64,000 bases of DNA from Candidatus Bathyarchaeota archaeon. Its GTDB lineage: Archaea; Thermoproteota; Bathyarchaeia; Bathyarchaeales; Bathycorpusculaceae. Of this stretch, positions 20,585 through 32,664 are shown piece by piece (positions within the stretch are counted from its first letter, which is position 1; each line of letters begins with the position of its first letter). Location of the stretch: assembly GCA_963806535.1 (NCBI GenBank), contig CAWDYC010000007.1, positions 32,001 to 96,000 on the forward strand, in the 5' to 3' direction. The notes beneath the pieces are model-generated. The model was not told where the DNA came from. It saw only the letters and a program-made list of their open reading frames with translations, and made no database searches. Made by a program: the position numbers and the translations under genes.

Positions 20585-23144
20585 CTATTTTCGCCTTTGT
20601 TTTCTGAGCAGATAGGCAATAGCGGCGATGGCTGCAAGCAATAATGCTACAACGATGATAATGATTAATGTCATGGGCTGAAATTTGAAATTATTTGTTG
20701 AATTTGGTGAATTTGAGGGATTCGACGGAGTTGGGGAGACTACTGCGTTTAAAGAATTAGAGAAACAGTAAAGATTCCAGTCGTTGCATCCTACATATAA
20801 GTCTTCCGTTGGCTATAGTTGGCGATGACCAGCTGCTGGAAGCTGTAGTAAAGTTTGCGATTTTTGTGCCATTATTTGTTGTATCAAGGACGAAAATGTG
20901 ACGTTGACTCGTAACCATATAGACTTTTCCATCAGCGTAAGAGGGGGAGACAGTTAACTCGTCGCCAGTAAAATAGCTCCAAATTGTTTGACCATTGTTT
21001 GCGTTAAGACATGCTAAGTTAAATTTGTCAATAATGAAAAGTTGACCATTTACATAAATTGGAGAGGATATGATAAATTCGCTTGCATCTGGGTCTTTAA
21101 AAGTCCATATGATTTTTCCCGTTGTCTCATTTACTCCATAATAAGTGCCCAAGTTAGACGATGTAAATACCAGCCCAGCTGCGACTGAGGGAGAACCGAG
21201 CATCTCTGTGCCTCCTTGATATATATATACATAGGGTAAGGACAGATTCCATATTACTTCTCCACTTTTCGCATCTAGTTTGTATAGAGCTCCCGCGTTT
21301 GGTTCTTGGGAAACAAAAAAGACAGCACCATCAGCAACTGCTGGAGAAGATTCTATTGGTCCATTTGTCTTGGTTTTCCATACGACATTGCCGTTTTCTG
21401 CGTTAAGCGCATACATGTAATTATCTAATGAGCCAACGTAAACTATTCCATCAGACACAGCGGGTGAAGATTTAAGCACTATCGTATTGTAAGTGAAAGG
21501 TAAATCACCATTGACAAAAGTGCTCCAAATAAGAGCGCCCGTGTAAGCGTCTAGACAATAAACGTATCCGTCATCACCGCCTGTGTAAACTTTACCATTA
21601 GCAACCGCTGGTGAAGATTCAATAGCATCTTGAGTTGTAAAGCTCCAAATAAGTGCACCACTCCATGCGCCAACAGCATAAATCTTTTTGTCCTGAGAAC
21701 CAAAATAGACTATTCCATTTGCAACGCTTGGCGAAGAGATAACGGATCCATTAGTTGTGAATTTCCAATCCAATGTCAGACTTGAAGGACCTTGTTGCGC
21801 TGTAGAAGAGTGCATTGGGTCGGCACGCCACATTGGCCAATTGCTTGCCGGAACTGAGCTCGTTCCTATGCACCATACTTGATTAAGTCTCGAATATTCG
21901 TTACCGGTAGTTGCATCGACAGATGTTGTTACGTCGCCTGGAATAATGTACAGGTTGCCGTATGCTATAGCGATTGACTCTCTAGGAGCTAATGCTTCCA
22001 TAGGAAGCGTCCAAATTGGCTTCCCACTGTACGCGTTTAGACATGCAAACTGGGAGACGCCAACTTGTCCACCGTACTCGGCATTTTCACCGATCGTTAC
22101 ATAAACTTTGCCGTCTGCAACGGCAGGCATTCCTGGCCAAAGGAGAGTATCGTCTGGACCGTTGGTTCTCCAAATCAGATTGCCTGTTTGTACGTCGAGG
22201 CAGTAAAGATACCCGTCTTTGTTCATTTCATAAACCATTCCGTAAGCGATTGCAGGCCCTGTTACGAAATATCCATCGTTGTCTGATAGTGGAGTATACG
22301 TCCACAGTATCTCGCCGTTTGTAGTGTTGAAACAGTAAAGTGTATTGTCGTCGGTTCCTCCTCTGATGAATCTGCCCTCAGAATATGCACCATTGAAAAT
22401 CATCGGTCCCTTTGTGGGTGTATCCCATACAACAGCGCCCGTCTTGGCATTAAGCGCTATTTGTTGATTTTCGAAAGAGCCAGCGAAAACCAAACCGTCG
22501 CCATATGTTGTTCCAATCCCTGTTTTTCCGCCACCAGGGATGTAGGTTTCCCAAGCTAAAGTTGGCGGTTTAGAGGGATCAGAAAAGTCCCAGGCTTGAA
22601 TATACGAATTCAATTTAACGTAGAACATTTTTTGCTCAGGACTGTAAACGTTGGCGGTGAAAATGCCAGTATCTGGTAAGAAATTGGAACTAGTCCATAA
22701 TAACTTCCCTGTTTGTGGATCAAGACAATTGCTTTCTACAATCATGTGAGAATTATCTATTTTGTAGGCTATTGGCCAAGTGCCATTAATGAAAATTGGT
22801 GTTTCCCACACTTTCTTTCCTGTTTGGTCTAGTGCCACAACCGATGTGTTAGTGCAAACGTAAATCATTCCGTTAAAGGCTACAAGATAAGGTTGTATTC
22901 CCGTTACATTCGATTTCCAAAGTATTGAGGATGTGGAAGGAGCTGGTCCTGCTGAAAATCGGGTAAAAGAGGAATCACCTTGAAACTGTGGCCACTCGTA
23001 CTGATTCAAATTAAAGTTAGAAGTTGTAGTTGTACTAACTTGTGCGTTAACATTCGAATGATAGGTTGATATTGCAGCAAAAATTGATGAGACAAGAAGT
23101 ATAGTCAAAATAGCTATAGCGCAGATTTTTTTGGGAATTTTCAT
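20585..23144 (-). CDS. Secreted, membrane-anchored PQQ-type beta-propeller repeat protein (frameshift near 20780)
   Basis: Signal peptide; WPQFQGD and WPMWRAD domain starts; SSPAV..G.VY.G repeats; a C-terminal TM segment with basic tail in the shifted frame. Confidence 0.85.
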
Positions 23145-23393
23145 TTACCCCCGAATATCACTGTAAATTGGAAGAGGTTAACCCTTGAACACCAATAAGG
23201 GTAGATAGTCTGTTTCACTATAAATCTTGCGGAAAAGCCATCGTTTATCAATTTCAATTAATGAAAAACAAAAATTTATGCAAAGTTAAGCTAAAAATGA
23301 AAACACTAATAGTACCGCACAATCTTTTTTAAGACGAAAAGAAACCTTAAAGTAAATAATGAATTAGCGAAGAGAATTTGAGGGAATTTTGCT

Positions 23394-24468
23394 TTGACAA
23401 ATAAAGGTCCTTTACTTATGACTTCTTGGAGGGCTACAGGTGCTTGCAATGCCCGATGTAAATATTGTAATGTTGATGCTTCCGGCAAGCGATCGTCCCA
23501 GAGAAATGACAACAAAAGAAGCCCTACATTTGGTTGATGAAGTACACAGTTTTGGTGTAAGATGGTTCGGCCTGAAAGGTGGAGAACCTTTGATGCGTGA
23601 AGACATTTTTGAAATTGTCACCTACGCAAAAAACTTAGGATTAAATGTTTGCCTACTAACCAATGGATGCTTTGTAGATGGAAAAATTTACGATAACTTG
23701 GTCAAGAATCAAGTTTGGACCTCAGTAAGCATTGATGGACCTGAAGAAATCAATGATCAGTTGAGAGGAAAAGGTTCATACAAAAAGGCGTTGGCAGCAA
23801 TCGAGAAGTTGTCGCAAGGTAAAATCCTAAACGGTTTAGCATGTGCAATTACATCCATTAACTACAAGCATTTAGACCATGTCGCCGAGTTGGCTGACAA
23901 ATATCATGCAAACTTTGTCTGGTACAACCATCTAGTTCCAAGCGGCAGAGCAAAAGAAACAATGGAACTAACCCCGACGCCAGAACAATATGAATGGACA
24001 CTTAACCACATATGGGATATAACCCAGAAGTACGATGGAAAGTTTGAAGTACATGTTCATTGCCCACATTTCGCTCGAGTGGTAAAGCAGAGAAACATAC
24101 CAAACTTTGACGAATGGTATCAACACAAGTTTCACGGCAAATGCACTTACTTTGCCTTCGGCGGATATCTAAGCGTCACAGAAAATGGCGATCTAATACC
24201 TTGCTTTTACACTGATCTTAGACCTTCTGAACCAATGATGCTTGGCAACATACGTGAAAAAAGCCTCACAGAAGCTTGGAAAGAAGTTCAAGAATCAAAG
24301 TATTATAGAAGTTTCCAGGACAAAAACGTTTTGAAAGGCAAATGCGGAGTCTGCGAATATCGTGAACTGTGCGGAGGTTGCAGAAACAGAGCTTATGCTT
24401 ACACTGGAGACATTTACGAATCTGACCCAGCATGCGCTTATGTGCCTGAGAGTCTACGCAAAAAATAG
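23394..24468 (+). CDS. Radical SAM/SPASM protein, one frameshift near 23490
   Basis: TTG at 23394 gives ...WRATGACNARCKYC (CxxxCxxC); then GGEPL, SIDG and SPASM motif CGVCEYRELCGGCRNR. Confidence 0.85.
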
Positions 24469-24557
24469 TGCTTTTCTTTCATTTATCCTCTATTTAATTT
24501 AGAAAAAGAAAATATCTTATAAGCAAATTAGATTCGAGAGTAATAGTAAGAGAAAAG

Positions 24558-26799
24558 ATGAACAAAATACTGTTATTTGCGTTGTCTTGTTAGCTGCGGT
24601 TTTAGCCTCAGGTGTTTCAGGAAGTTTTGTTAATGGAACTAACCAGCAGAGCGCTATATCGTGGCCTATGTTCCACAACGATCTATCACATTCTGGCTTC
24701 TCGAATTCTTCGGTCGCCAAGAACAAACAAAACACTATGGAAGTTTAATACCGGAGGCCAAGTTGGGTCACCTTCAGTAAGTGATGGTGTGGTATATGTT
24801 GGTTCATACGACCATAAGATTTACGCTTTTAATTCCTTCAACGGAGCGTTAATATGGAATGATTCAACGGGTGGCATAGTAATTTCTCGTCCTGCAATTG
24901 CAGGCGACATTGTTTACGTTGGTTCTGAAGACTACAAACTCTACGCCTTAAACGCGACTAATGGAAATCAGCTTTGGACTTACAAAACTGGTTATTATGT
25001 TGATTCCGATCCAGCAGTTGCTAACGGCGTTGTCTATTTTGGTTCTGAGGATAAGAAAGTTTACGCACTCAATGCCACATCGGGCGAATACCTTTGGAGT
25101 TATGTCACTGGTGACAAAATCATGCTTTCGTCTGTTGCGGTGAGTGATGGCTTAGTTTACATTGGCTCGTTAGATCACAATATCTATGCTATGAACGGTA
25201 CTGATGGCAAGCTTGTTTGGAGTTACAGAACAGGCGACCAAATAATTTCTACACCAGAAATTGTTGGCGACGTCATATACGTGGGTTCATTGGATCATAA
25301 CCTATACGCTTTAGACGCTTCCGATGGAAAGCTAAATTGGAACTTCACAGCAGATGACGCCATCTATTCCTCTCCAGACGTTTCAAATGGCTTAGTCTAT
25401 GTAGGCTCATTAGACGGCAAAGTTTACGCGTTAAACATTTTAGATGGCAAAGATGTTTGGAACTACAAAACAGGGGCTGCAATAGCGTCTTCTCCAACAG
25501 TTGTCAACAATGTAGTCTACATTGGATCGGATGACAACAATGTTTATGCGTTAAAAGCTTCAAACGGCGAATTTTTGTGGAGTTATAAGACAGGCGATCA
25601 AGTGATTTCTCGACCTGCTGTTGCTAGGGACATGATTTTTGTTGGTTCATGGGATGGCACATTTTACGCGTTAAACGCTAAGAGTAGGTAATCTCGTTTG
25701 GAGTTATGTAACTGGTGGCGAAATTGATTCGTCTCCAACAGTAGCAGACGGCTTGGTTTATGTGGGCTGTCATGACGGCAAAATATATGCTTTGAACGCT
25801 TCCACCGGAATGGTGGGTTACAACTCGGAGATGCATAACAGCGTTGTATGGAGCTATGCAACTGGAAATATGGTTATGCTTTCTTCACCTGCAGTTGCGA
25901 ATGGAGCAGTTTATGTTGGCTCTTACGACGGCAATGTTTATGCTCTTAATTCGTTGACAGGAACATACTTGTGGAGCTTTAAAACAGACGGTCCAGCGAT
26001 TTCGTCTCCAGCAATCTATAAGGGGGTGGTATACATAGGCTCTGAGGACCACAACGTTTACGCTCTAAACGAGACAAACGGCAACCTTGTTTGGAAATTC
26101 ACTACCGGCGACATGATAATGGTCTCTTCGCCCGCTATTTCAGACGGAAAAGTTTTCATCGGTTCAAACGACCATAAGATCTATGCGTTGGATGCATCTA
26201 ATGGAACTTCTATCTGGAATTATACTACAAACGGTTTTGTTGTTTCTTCTCCGAGTGTTGCAGCTGGACTAGTCTATGTTGGTTCATATGATCATGAGAT
26301 TTATGCTTTAAATGCCACAACTGGGCATGCTGTATGGAATTTCACAACAGGCGGTGTTGTCGCCTCATCTCCAGCCATCGCAAACGGTATTGTCTACGTA
26401 GGTTCAGGAGATAACAGAGTTTATGCTTTGCATGCAGCCAACGGAAAAATGGTGTGGAGTTATTCAACTGGAGGAGAAGTGTCTTCCTCGCCTGCCGTAT
26501 CAAACGGGATAGTTGTTGTAGGCTCGTATGATGGCAAAGTTTACGCTTTTGATAGCATAAATGGAGCTTGCATTTGGAGTTATGCAACTGGAGAAATGGT
26601 TGTTTCTTCGCCGGCAATAGCTAATGGTTTGGTTTACATTGGGTCATACAACCATATGCTCTACGCGTTTGGTTCTTCTGAGCACAAACAAACTTATTCC
26701 GCAACTTTTCCGATCGTTATCATACTGATTTTGGCGGCAATAGCACTCATCGCAATTCTGCTGGCTACAGTGCTCTATAAAAAGCGACAGAATTCATAA
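24558..26799 (+). CDS. Secreted, membrane-anchored PQQ-type beta-propeller repeat protein (frameshifts near 24715 and 25690)
   Basis: Signal peptide and WPMFHND in the frame starting at 24558; about 16 repeats of SSP.V..G.VYVGS.D..VYALNA..G...W; C-terminal TM plus KKR. Confidence 0.85.
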
Positions 26800-27030
26800 T
26801 TTTTTAGCCGAAATATACTGGAAAAGCAGCATAAACAACCAAACAAAATTGAACCTTGTTTCTAATTTCTTGGGTTTGCTGAGATTCTGGACAAACTTAA
26901 GGAAGAAAAACGCAAAATGAAAACTCTAACCTTTCGCGTAATCTTAACCAAAGCCTACTCAGCCCCCATTCTTATCCATTTCTCTTTAAATCTAAAAAAA
27001 AGGGAAAGAGATGTTTTTTGTTTGGCATTT

Positions 27031-29757
27031 TTATGGTCGCTTCCTAAACATCTGCAGTGCAACTAATGCGAGTACTATAATGATTAGAACAAATAGTCCA
27101 GCGATTGCAGGAACAAAATATGTATCAGCGACAGATGTAGCAGCAGTTACAGTAGGAGCAGTTGTTGCATGTGCCGAATTTGCGACAAAAGTGGTTTCTG
27201 CGTATGATGGCCAGTAACCTTTGGTGCCTGCGAAGTTAGCGTAGACGGTGAAGTTGCCTGAGATGTCAGGTGTCCATGTTAAACTATACAAGCCGGTTGC
27301 GTCAGTTGTTGTAGTACCAATGGTTCTGAAATTGTCGTTAGAGTCCAAGACACTGATTGCCACTGGAACGCCTGTAAAGTTGGTTGGAAGCGGTTTTTGC
27401 TGGTAGACATAGCCCATCCAATCTTTCATGCTAGCATCAGATGCGACTGGAACACCATTTGGAAAGTCAGCCGCCTGCTGGTCTTGTGTTGTACCAGCTG
27501 AAATGTCGGTGACTGTGCCTCGTATCACTACTGGCGATCCAGATTCTACAGCAGTGTTTGGTGCTGAAACTGTGGTAGCGCTGGGTCCTCTGCCTACACT
27601 GTAAATTTGGTTGTCATAACCGTTAAACCACGTCGCGTAGCCATCTGCAATAGCATAACTCATCTGCCCGAATTCCATGGTGACGCCTGAAATAGTCCAG
27701 ATTTCTTTTCCGTCAGTTGCATTAACAGCACGTGCTAATCCGCCTTTATAAATCGGTGTCGTCCAAGTGTGCTCAGTGGTAATCAGGTATACAACTCCGT
27801 TGCCAATAGCGTTTATGAAAGTTGGAATGTTACCATAAGGCCAGTTATAGCCAGAGTTAGTGCTGTTTCCGTCGCCGCCATTACCATAAGTCCACAATAA
27901 TTGACCAGTTTTATCGTCATAGCAATAGAGTATTCCAGCGTATGCACTGCTGTAGATTTTGCCATAAGCAACCTGACCGGATAAAATGCCTGCGCTTGAA
28001 CTACCATAGTAGTCAAAGGCCGCTTGAGATGCACTTGTCCAAAGGTACTTACCTGTATTTAGATCGAATCCGACCCAGTTTGCAGCTTCTTTGTATGATT
28101 GAAGGAAAACGCGAGTGTTCCAATCAACTCCCTCTTGTACGACAGTATAGTTGTTTGCTGGAGGTTGCACTGTATTCCACCATGATACTGAACCGACTGT
28201 ACCCAAAGATGCATTGAGGTTGACAAAGAAGTACGTATACGGAGCTGAACTTGCGGCACCATAAAGCAAGTTTTCACCGTTTGAAGGCAGTGAACCATTG
28301 TAGCAAAGTATTCCATCGCCATATTTTGCTGCCACAACAGTAGTTGGTGAGGTCATAGTATTGAACCATGGTATTGAAACGTTCCAGTCATAACGACAGT
28401 TAGGATCAAGCGGGTTACAAATGCTTCCATCAATTGTCCCAGTAAATGTGGGAGCACCTGCATTTTCGGGTAGAAACAGTCTGGAGGAATTCCACTCACC
28501 CAAACGCCAATCAGGATTCGATGCATTGCCTGCGTTTGCCATGACAAAGTTCAAGTATTCACCGTCTGGACCCATTACTCTCGAAGAGCCGAAGGCGGGA
28601 ACATTAGTTATGTTGAATAGCATGTTTCCTGTGTCTCCATCGTATCCCATCCAGGTTAATGGTCCAGCGAATCCTCCGCCTGAAGGTGCAACTAGAATTG
28701 GTGGGCTAACGCCGTGCTCGTTTTGTGTTTGAACGTCCATGACTAAGCCGAATGATAACGCAGGTACATCAGTGCGAGACCAAACAAGTTGTCCTGTTTG
28801 CAGGTTAACGCAGTCAGTTGGTCCATAGCCGCTGCCAGCGCTTCCAAAGTTGTAACCACTAGCTGTGAATCCTAATGGTTCAGTGTAGTAGAGCATTCCA
28901 TCGAGTATTATGGGATTGTTGTATCTGATGAGGTATGCGGATCCGTCGAAATATGTCTGTGCTTGAAGGGCAAAATTGCCTCCTCCGACAACTCCTCCAG
29001 ATTGAAGCGGCTTAGTCCACATAACATGGCTAGTTTGAGGCCCTATTGCGTCTCCTGGAAACACCTGCTGACCACCAGAACCGCCTCCGGCAGCATCGCC
29101 ACCGGTATTGGTCCAACCACCATAGTTAGGTGCGCCATTACCGAGCCAGTTTGACGAAATCGACCACCAGTCAGTGTTTTCACCGTAAATTGGGCGAGTC
29201 CAATAAGCAGTTGGGAGAGGATAGCTAGTTACTCCTAAAGGTATAGCTGTTTGTTGCACTGTAATTGTTGTTGTTGCACTACTTGGTAGAAAAGAGTCGT
29301 TTGTGTATGGGTTGGGTCCTATAGGTTGACCAAGTCCGCCTGATATTGGCAATGTCGATGTGTAGGTTTCTCCTGGGTAAGTGAAGGTTATATTGTACGT
29401 GCCGGTTTGGTCAGGAATAAATGTGGTAAATTGATTTGATGTTGTGTCAGTAATTGTAGCAAAAGTCTGTTTTGTTATTGCACCATTAGGTGCTGTGATG
29501 GCAAGTTGGAAGTTGTGGAATCTAAGATCGTTTGTATAACCTGCGCCGTAATAATAGTTTGTGAGCCACATGAAAACGTTCACTTTCTGACCCACGCCTA
29601 CTGGGTTCGGTGTAGCATATACGTAGGCGTATGTGGGAATTTGCCAAGCCGGTGTATGTGCATTAGCAGTTGGTGATAGTATCATTGAAGCTGACATTGA
29701 AAGCATTAAGAATATAGCAATCATAATAGTCGCAATTTTATTTATTTTTCTTTTCAT
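27031..29757 (-). CDS. Large secreted, membrane-anchored PQQ-like propeller surface protein
   Basis: Signal peptide, PNPVGVGQ, YWTRPI, propeller-like blades, Thr-rich linker and C-terminal TM plus RKRP. Confidence 0.82.
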   Translation of the reverse strand: MKRKINKIATIMIAIFLMLSMSASMILSPTANAHTPAWQIPTYAYVYATPNPVGVGQKVNVFMWLTNYYYGAGYTNDLRFHNFQLAITAPNGAITKQTFATITDTTSNQFTTFIPDQTGTYNITFTYPGETYTSTLPISGGLGQPIGPNPYTNDSFLPSSATTTITVQQTAIPLGVTSYPLPTAYWTRPIYGENTDWWSISSNWLGNGAPNYGGWTNTGGDAAGGGSGGQQVFPGDAIGPQTSHVMWTKPLQSGGVVGGGNFALQAQTYFDGSAYLIRYNNPIILDGMLYYTEPLGFTASGYNFGSAGSGYGPTDCVNLQTGQLVWSRTDVPALSFGLVMDVQTQNEHGVSPPILVAPSGGGFAGPLTWMGYDGDTGNMLFNITNVPAFGSSRVMGPDGEYLNFVMANAGNASNPDWRLGEWNSSRLFLPENAGAPTFTGTIDGSICNPLDPNCRYDWNVSIPWFNTMTSPTTVVAAKYGDGILCYNGSLPSNGENLLYGAASSAPYTYFFVNLNASLGTVGSVSWWNTVQPPANNYTVVQEGVDWNTRVFLQSYKEAANWVGFDLNTGKYLWTSASQAAFDYYGSSSAGILSGQVAYGKIYSSAYAGILYCYDDKTGQLLWTYGNGGDGNSTNSGYNWPYGNIPTFINAIGNGVVYLITTEHTWTTPIYKGGLARAVNATDGKEIWTISGVTMEFGQMSYAIADGYATWFNGYDNQIYSVGRGPSATTVSAPNTAVESGSPVVIRGTVTDISAGTTQDQQAADFPNGVPVASDASMKDWMGYVYQQKPLPTNFTGVPVAISVLDSNDNFRTIGTTTTDATGLYSLTWTPDISGNFTVYANFAGTKGYWPSYAETTFVANSAHATTAPTVTAATSVADTYFVPAIAGLFVLIIIVLALVALQMFRKRP

Positions 29758-29978
29758 TTTTTATTCTCCTTTATTCTGTGTGCACCAATTTCAAGCGTTA
29801 GCTATTTAAAATCTTTCATTAATTGGCTTCATATATCCGTAAACTAAATACCTAAGTCCAAAAAACATTTAGAAAAAAGTCAGTATTTGGAAACTCTTAA
29901 AAGCAAGAAGCTCTAAAAATATCAAAAAAGTTCATTCTCGCATGCAACATCCAAAAAACTATTTAACGAGAAAGGTTA

Positions 29979-30992
29979 TTGGAACTGAAGGTTGAAAAAA
30001 CGAAACAAATTGACGAAACCGATTCCAAGATTCTAAATACACTTTTAACAGAATCACGCACAAGTTTCACTGAATTAGCCAAAATATGCGGCATATCCAT
30101 AACAGCAACAATAAGAAGGTATAATCGTTTAAAAAAAACAGGCATAATTTGTGGAGAAAACATGCACCTTAACCCTTTAAGTGTGGGTTACGAAAGCATA
30201 GCGGAAATCGGCATTATGACAGATTTAGCAGACAAAGAAAAAGCCGCACAAGCAATAAACAAGATACAATCCGTAAGAATTGAAACCTTCATCGAAAGCT
30301 CGTTAGGGAAATATAATATATATGGTCAGTTAAGGGCACGAAAACTAGATGAATTAATGCGACTAGTCCAAAGAATAGACATTAAACCATTTACAAAAAG
30401 TTTAGACATTTTAATTTTTGCTGATTTATGGAATAATCCTTGGCATCCAGAAAATCTTGTTGCTAAGCCGTCTGAATGGGAAAATTTTATTATAAGAACT
30501 AGAAAGTCAATACCCAATTTTGAACACGTAACCTTAGATGAGATAGACAAACGTATAATGAAAATGTTAATGGAAAATTCGCGGATAGCATTCAAAGACA
30601 TTGCAGAAAAAAATAAAATTTCAACAAAAAATGTTATTCAGAGATATCAATTTCTTCGAGAAAAAAATGTTCTCAATCTTTCAACAATATCAATTGATCT
30701 TTTCAAGATAGGTTATAATGCAATATTAGATATTTACATAAACGTCGACAACAGAGGACCCCTACATGAGGTCGAGACGCAATTACTTCAGACACCCAAT
30801 TTAGTCTTTTGCGCTAAATATGTTGGCGGAGCGTATGATCTTAGAGTAGCAATTATTCTATCGAATTTTAAGGACGTCTTTCGATTAAAAAAACGAATTA
30901 ATTCAATAGAAAACATCAGGAAAGCAGAATTCTATCTGCATGAAATTCCAGGTCCTTGGCCAACCGATATTTTAGGCCCAACTCTTTTGTAG
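29979..30992 (+). CDS. Tandem-domain Lrp/AsnC transcriptional regulator
   Basis: Two HTH modules (IDETDSKIL..ESRTSF and LDEIDKRIM..NSRIAF); divergent from the surface protein gene. Confidence 0.88.
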   Translation: MELKVEKTKQIDETDSKILNTLLTESRTSFTELAKICGISITATIRRYNRLKKTGIICGENMHLNPLSVGYESIAEIGIMTDLADKEKAAQAINKIQSVRIETFIESSLGKYNIYGQLRARKLDELMRLVQRIDIKPFTKSLDILIFADLWNNPWHPENLVAKPSEWENFIIRTRKSIPNFEHVTLDEIDKRIMKMLMENSRIAFKDIAEKNKISTKNVIQRYQFLREKNVLNLSTISIDLFKIGYNAILDIYINVDNRGPLHEVETQLLQTPNLVFCAKYVGGAYDLRVAIILSNFKDVFRLKKRINSIENIRKAEFYLHEIPGPWPTDILGPTLL

Positions 30993-31230
30993 GGAAATAA
31001 GTTTGCTGGCAACAGTCGGGTTGTTTTTTTGGTATGACAAGAAAGGTGCTGTGGTGCCATATTTGAAGTCTAAATGTTGAATAGTTGCCTGTTAAAAAAT
31101 CTTTCAATTTTTGAAACATAAATCTGATTTTCCCATAATTTCATCTCTGCAATCAAGAACACAATTGTGGCTTTTTGGCTTCCAGTCATTAAATGCAAAA
31201 AAGAAATAAGTGATAGAAAATAAATAGCGG

Positions 31231-32506
31231 CTGGGTCCGTAGAACGCCTAAACAAACAGACAAAAACATTTCAAGGATTCATTACGGCTGGATTTGCGCA
31301 ACCGGTGGATTAAGTTCACGATTCGTTTATGCAACAGCTGCGTCAACGCTGCCGCTAGTTTTGGTAGAAGTTGAAGGAGGGCTGGGAATATCGAATGCTC
31401 AAGCAGGAGCTATATCAGCCACGTACGGGGTCCTTTTCATTATTAGTGCTCTTTTCTGGGGAATATTAGCCGATAGAATAGGATTGAGGAAATCGTTAAC
31501 GATAGCTTGCCTAATTCTATCGATTGGAACATTAGGTATGGGAACAATAAATTCAACTGTTATGGGAATGGTATTTTATTCACTTATTGGATTCGCGGCT
31601 GGAGCACCAATAACTCTAAGCGCAATGCTCACGGGGGCATGGTTTGATAGACGCAGAAGAGGCATAGCACAAAGTTACATCAGCAGCACTGATTCTCTTT
31701 GGATGGCAATGTTGGGAATTACAGTACCAATAATCATGCTCATTTATGGTTGGAGAAATGTTTGGTACATATTAGGCGCAGTGAGTCTTGTCTTGTCTGG
31801 CATAGTATATGTCCTAATAAGAAATAATCCCAGAGAAAAGGGTCTATCTCCCTGTGGGTCACCATTGAAAGCGGCAGCCAACATTATAGAAGCAATTCCA
31901 CAAACAGTTCCTCAAGAACAAGTAAGGAGCAGAGATTTACTTAAAATGAGAATAACATGGCACCTAGGCACAATGTTTATTTTGACTGTTTTCATACTCA
32001 CAACACCCACGTTTTTTGTTGTCACTTACCTTATGACGGAAGTTGGACTGACGTCGGTTGAAGCCGGTGGTGCATTCAGTATTTTTTTGATATCAATGAT
32101 GCTTGGTGGTTATGTATGGGGGTTTATATCCGATCGTGTACCGAGAAAATATGTTGTATCGACTTGTTCCATTTTGTACGCAGTGTTACTTCTAGCCTTG
32201 GTAGGCTTCGGGAAGGAAACAGAGGGTATCTATGTTATAATTGGTGCAATGGGCTTTGCAATAGGAATCCCTTCAGTGACGTTTGCAATGATTTCAGACT
32301 ACTTCCCTTTAAAAGTTGTTGGAACCGCATCAGGATTAATAAATGCCATAAGCGGAGTAGGTTTCATATTGGGACCTTTAATCGCAGGAAATATAGCAAC
32401 AACGACTGGAAGCTTTGTTCCAGCTTTCCAAGTAACTGCTGTAGTGGCAGTTGTGTTAGCAGTAGTATCATTAGCATTAAGACAACCAATATCTCACTCA
32501 ACTTGA
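31231..32506 (+). CDS. MFS transporter
   Basis: GILADRIG, WFDRRRG and GFISDRVP motifs, about 12 TM segments. The frame is open upstream of 31361 (RIHYGWI); the true start is uncertain, possibly CTG at 31231 with one extra C. Confidence 0.88.
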
Positions 32507-32664
32507 TAAGATGCACTGAAACAAACAAGGCATCAATCTGTTGCCAGTATTTCTTGTAGCAGTGCTAAATATGTCGCTTAAGCAAAATAGCTAGTTGAGA
32601 CCTTCTTAACGTAAACTTTATTATGTTATCAAACCGTTTAAAACTCCAATCAAGGGAAAACGTC

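Noticed and set aside
23394-26799. PQQ biosynthesis or quinoprotein dehydrogenase cluster
   Set aside because: No pqqA-D; the propeller repeats are generic and show no recognisable dehydrogenase active-site motifs.
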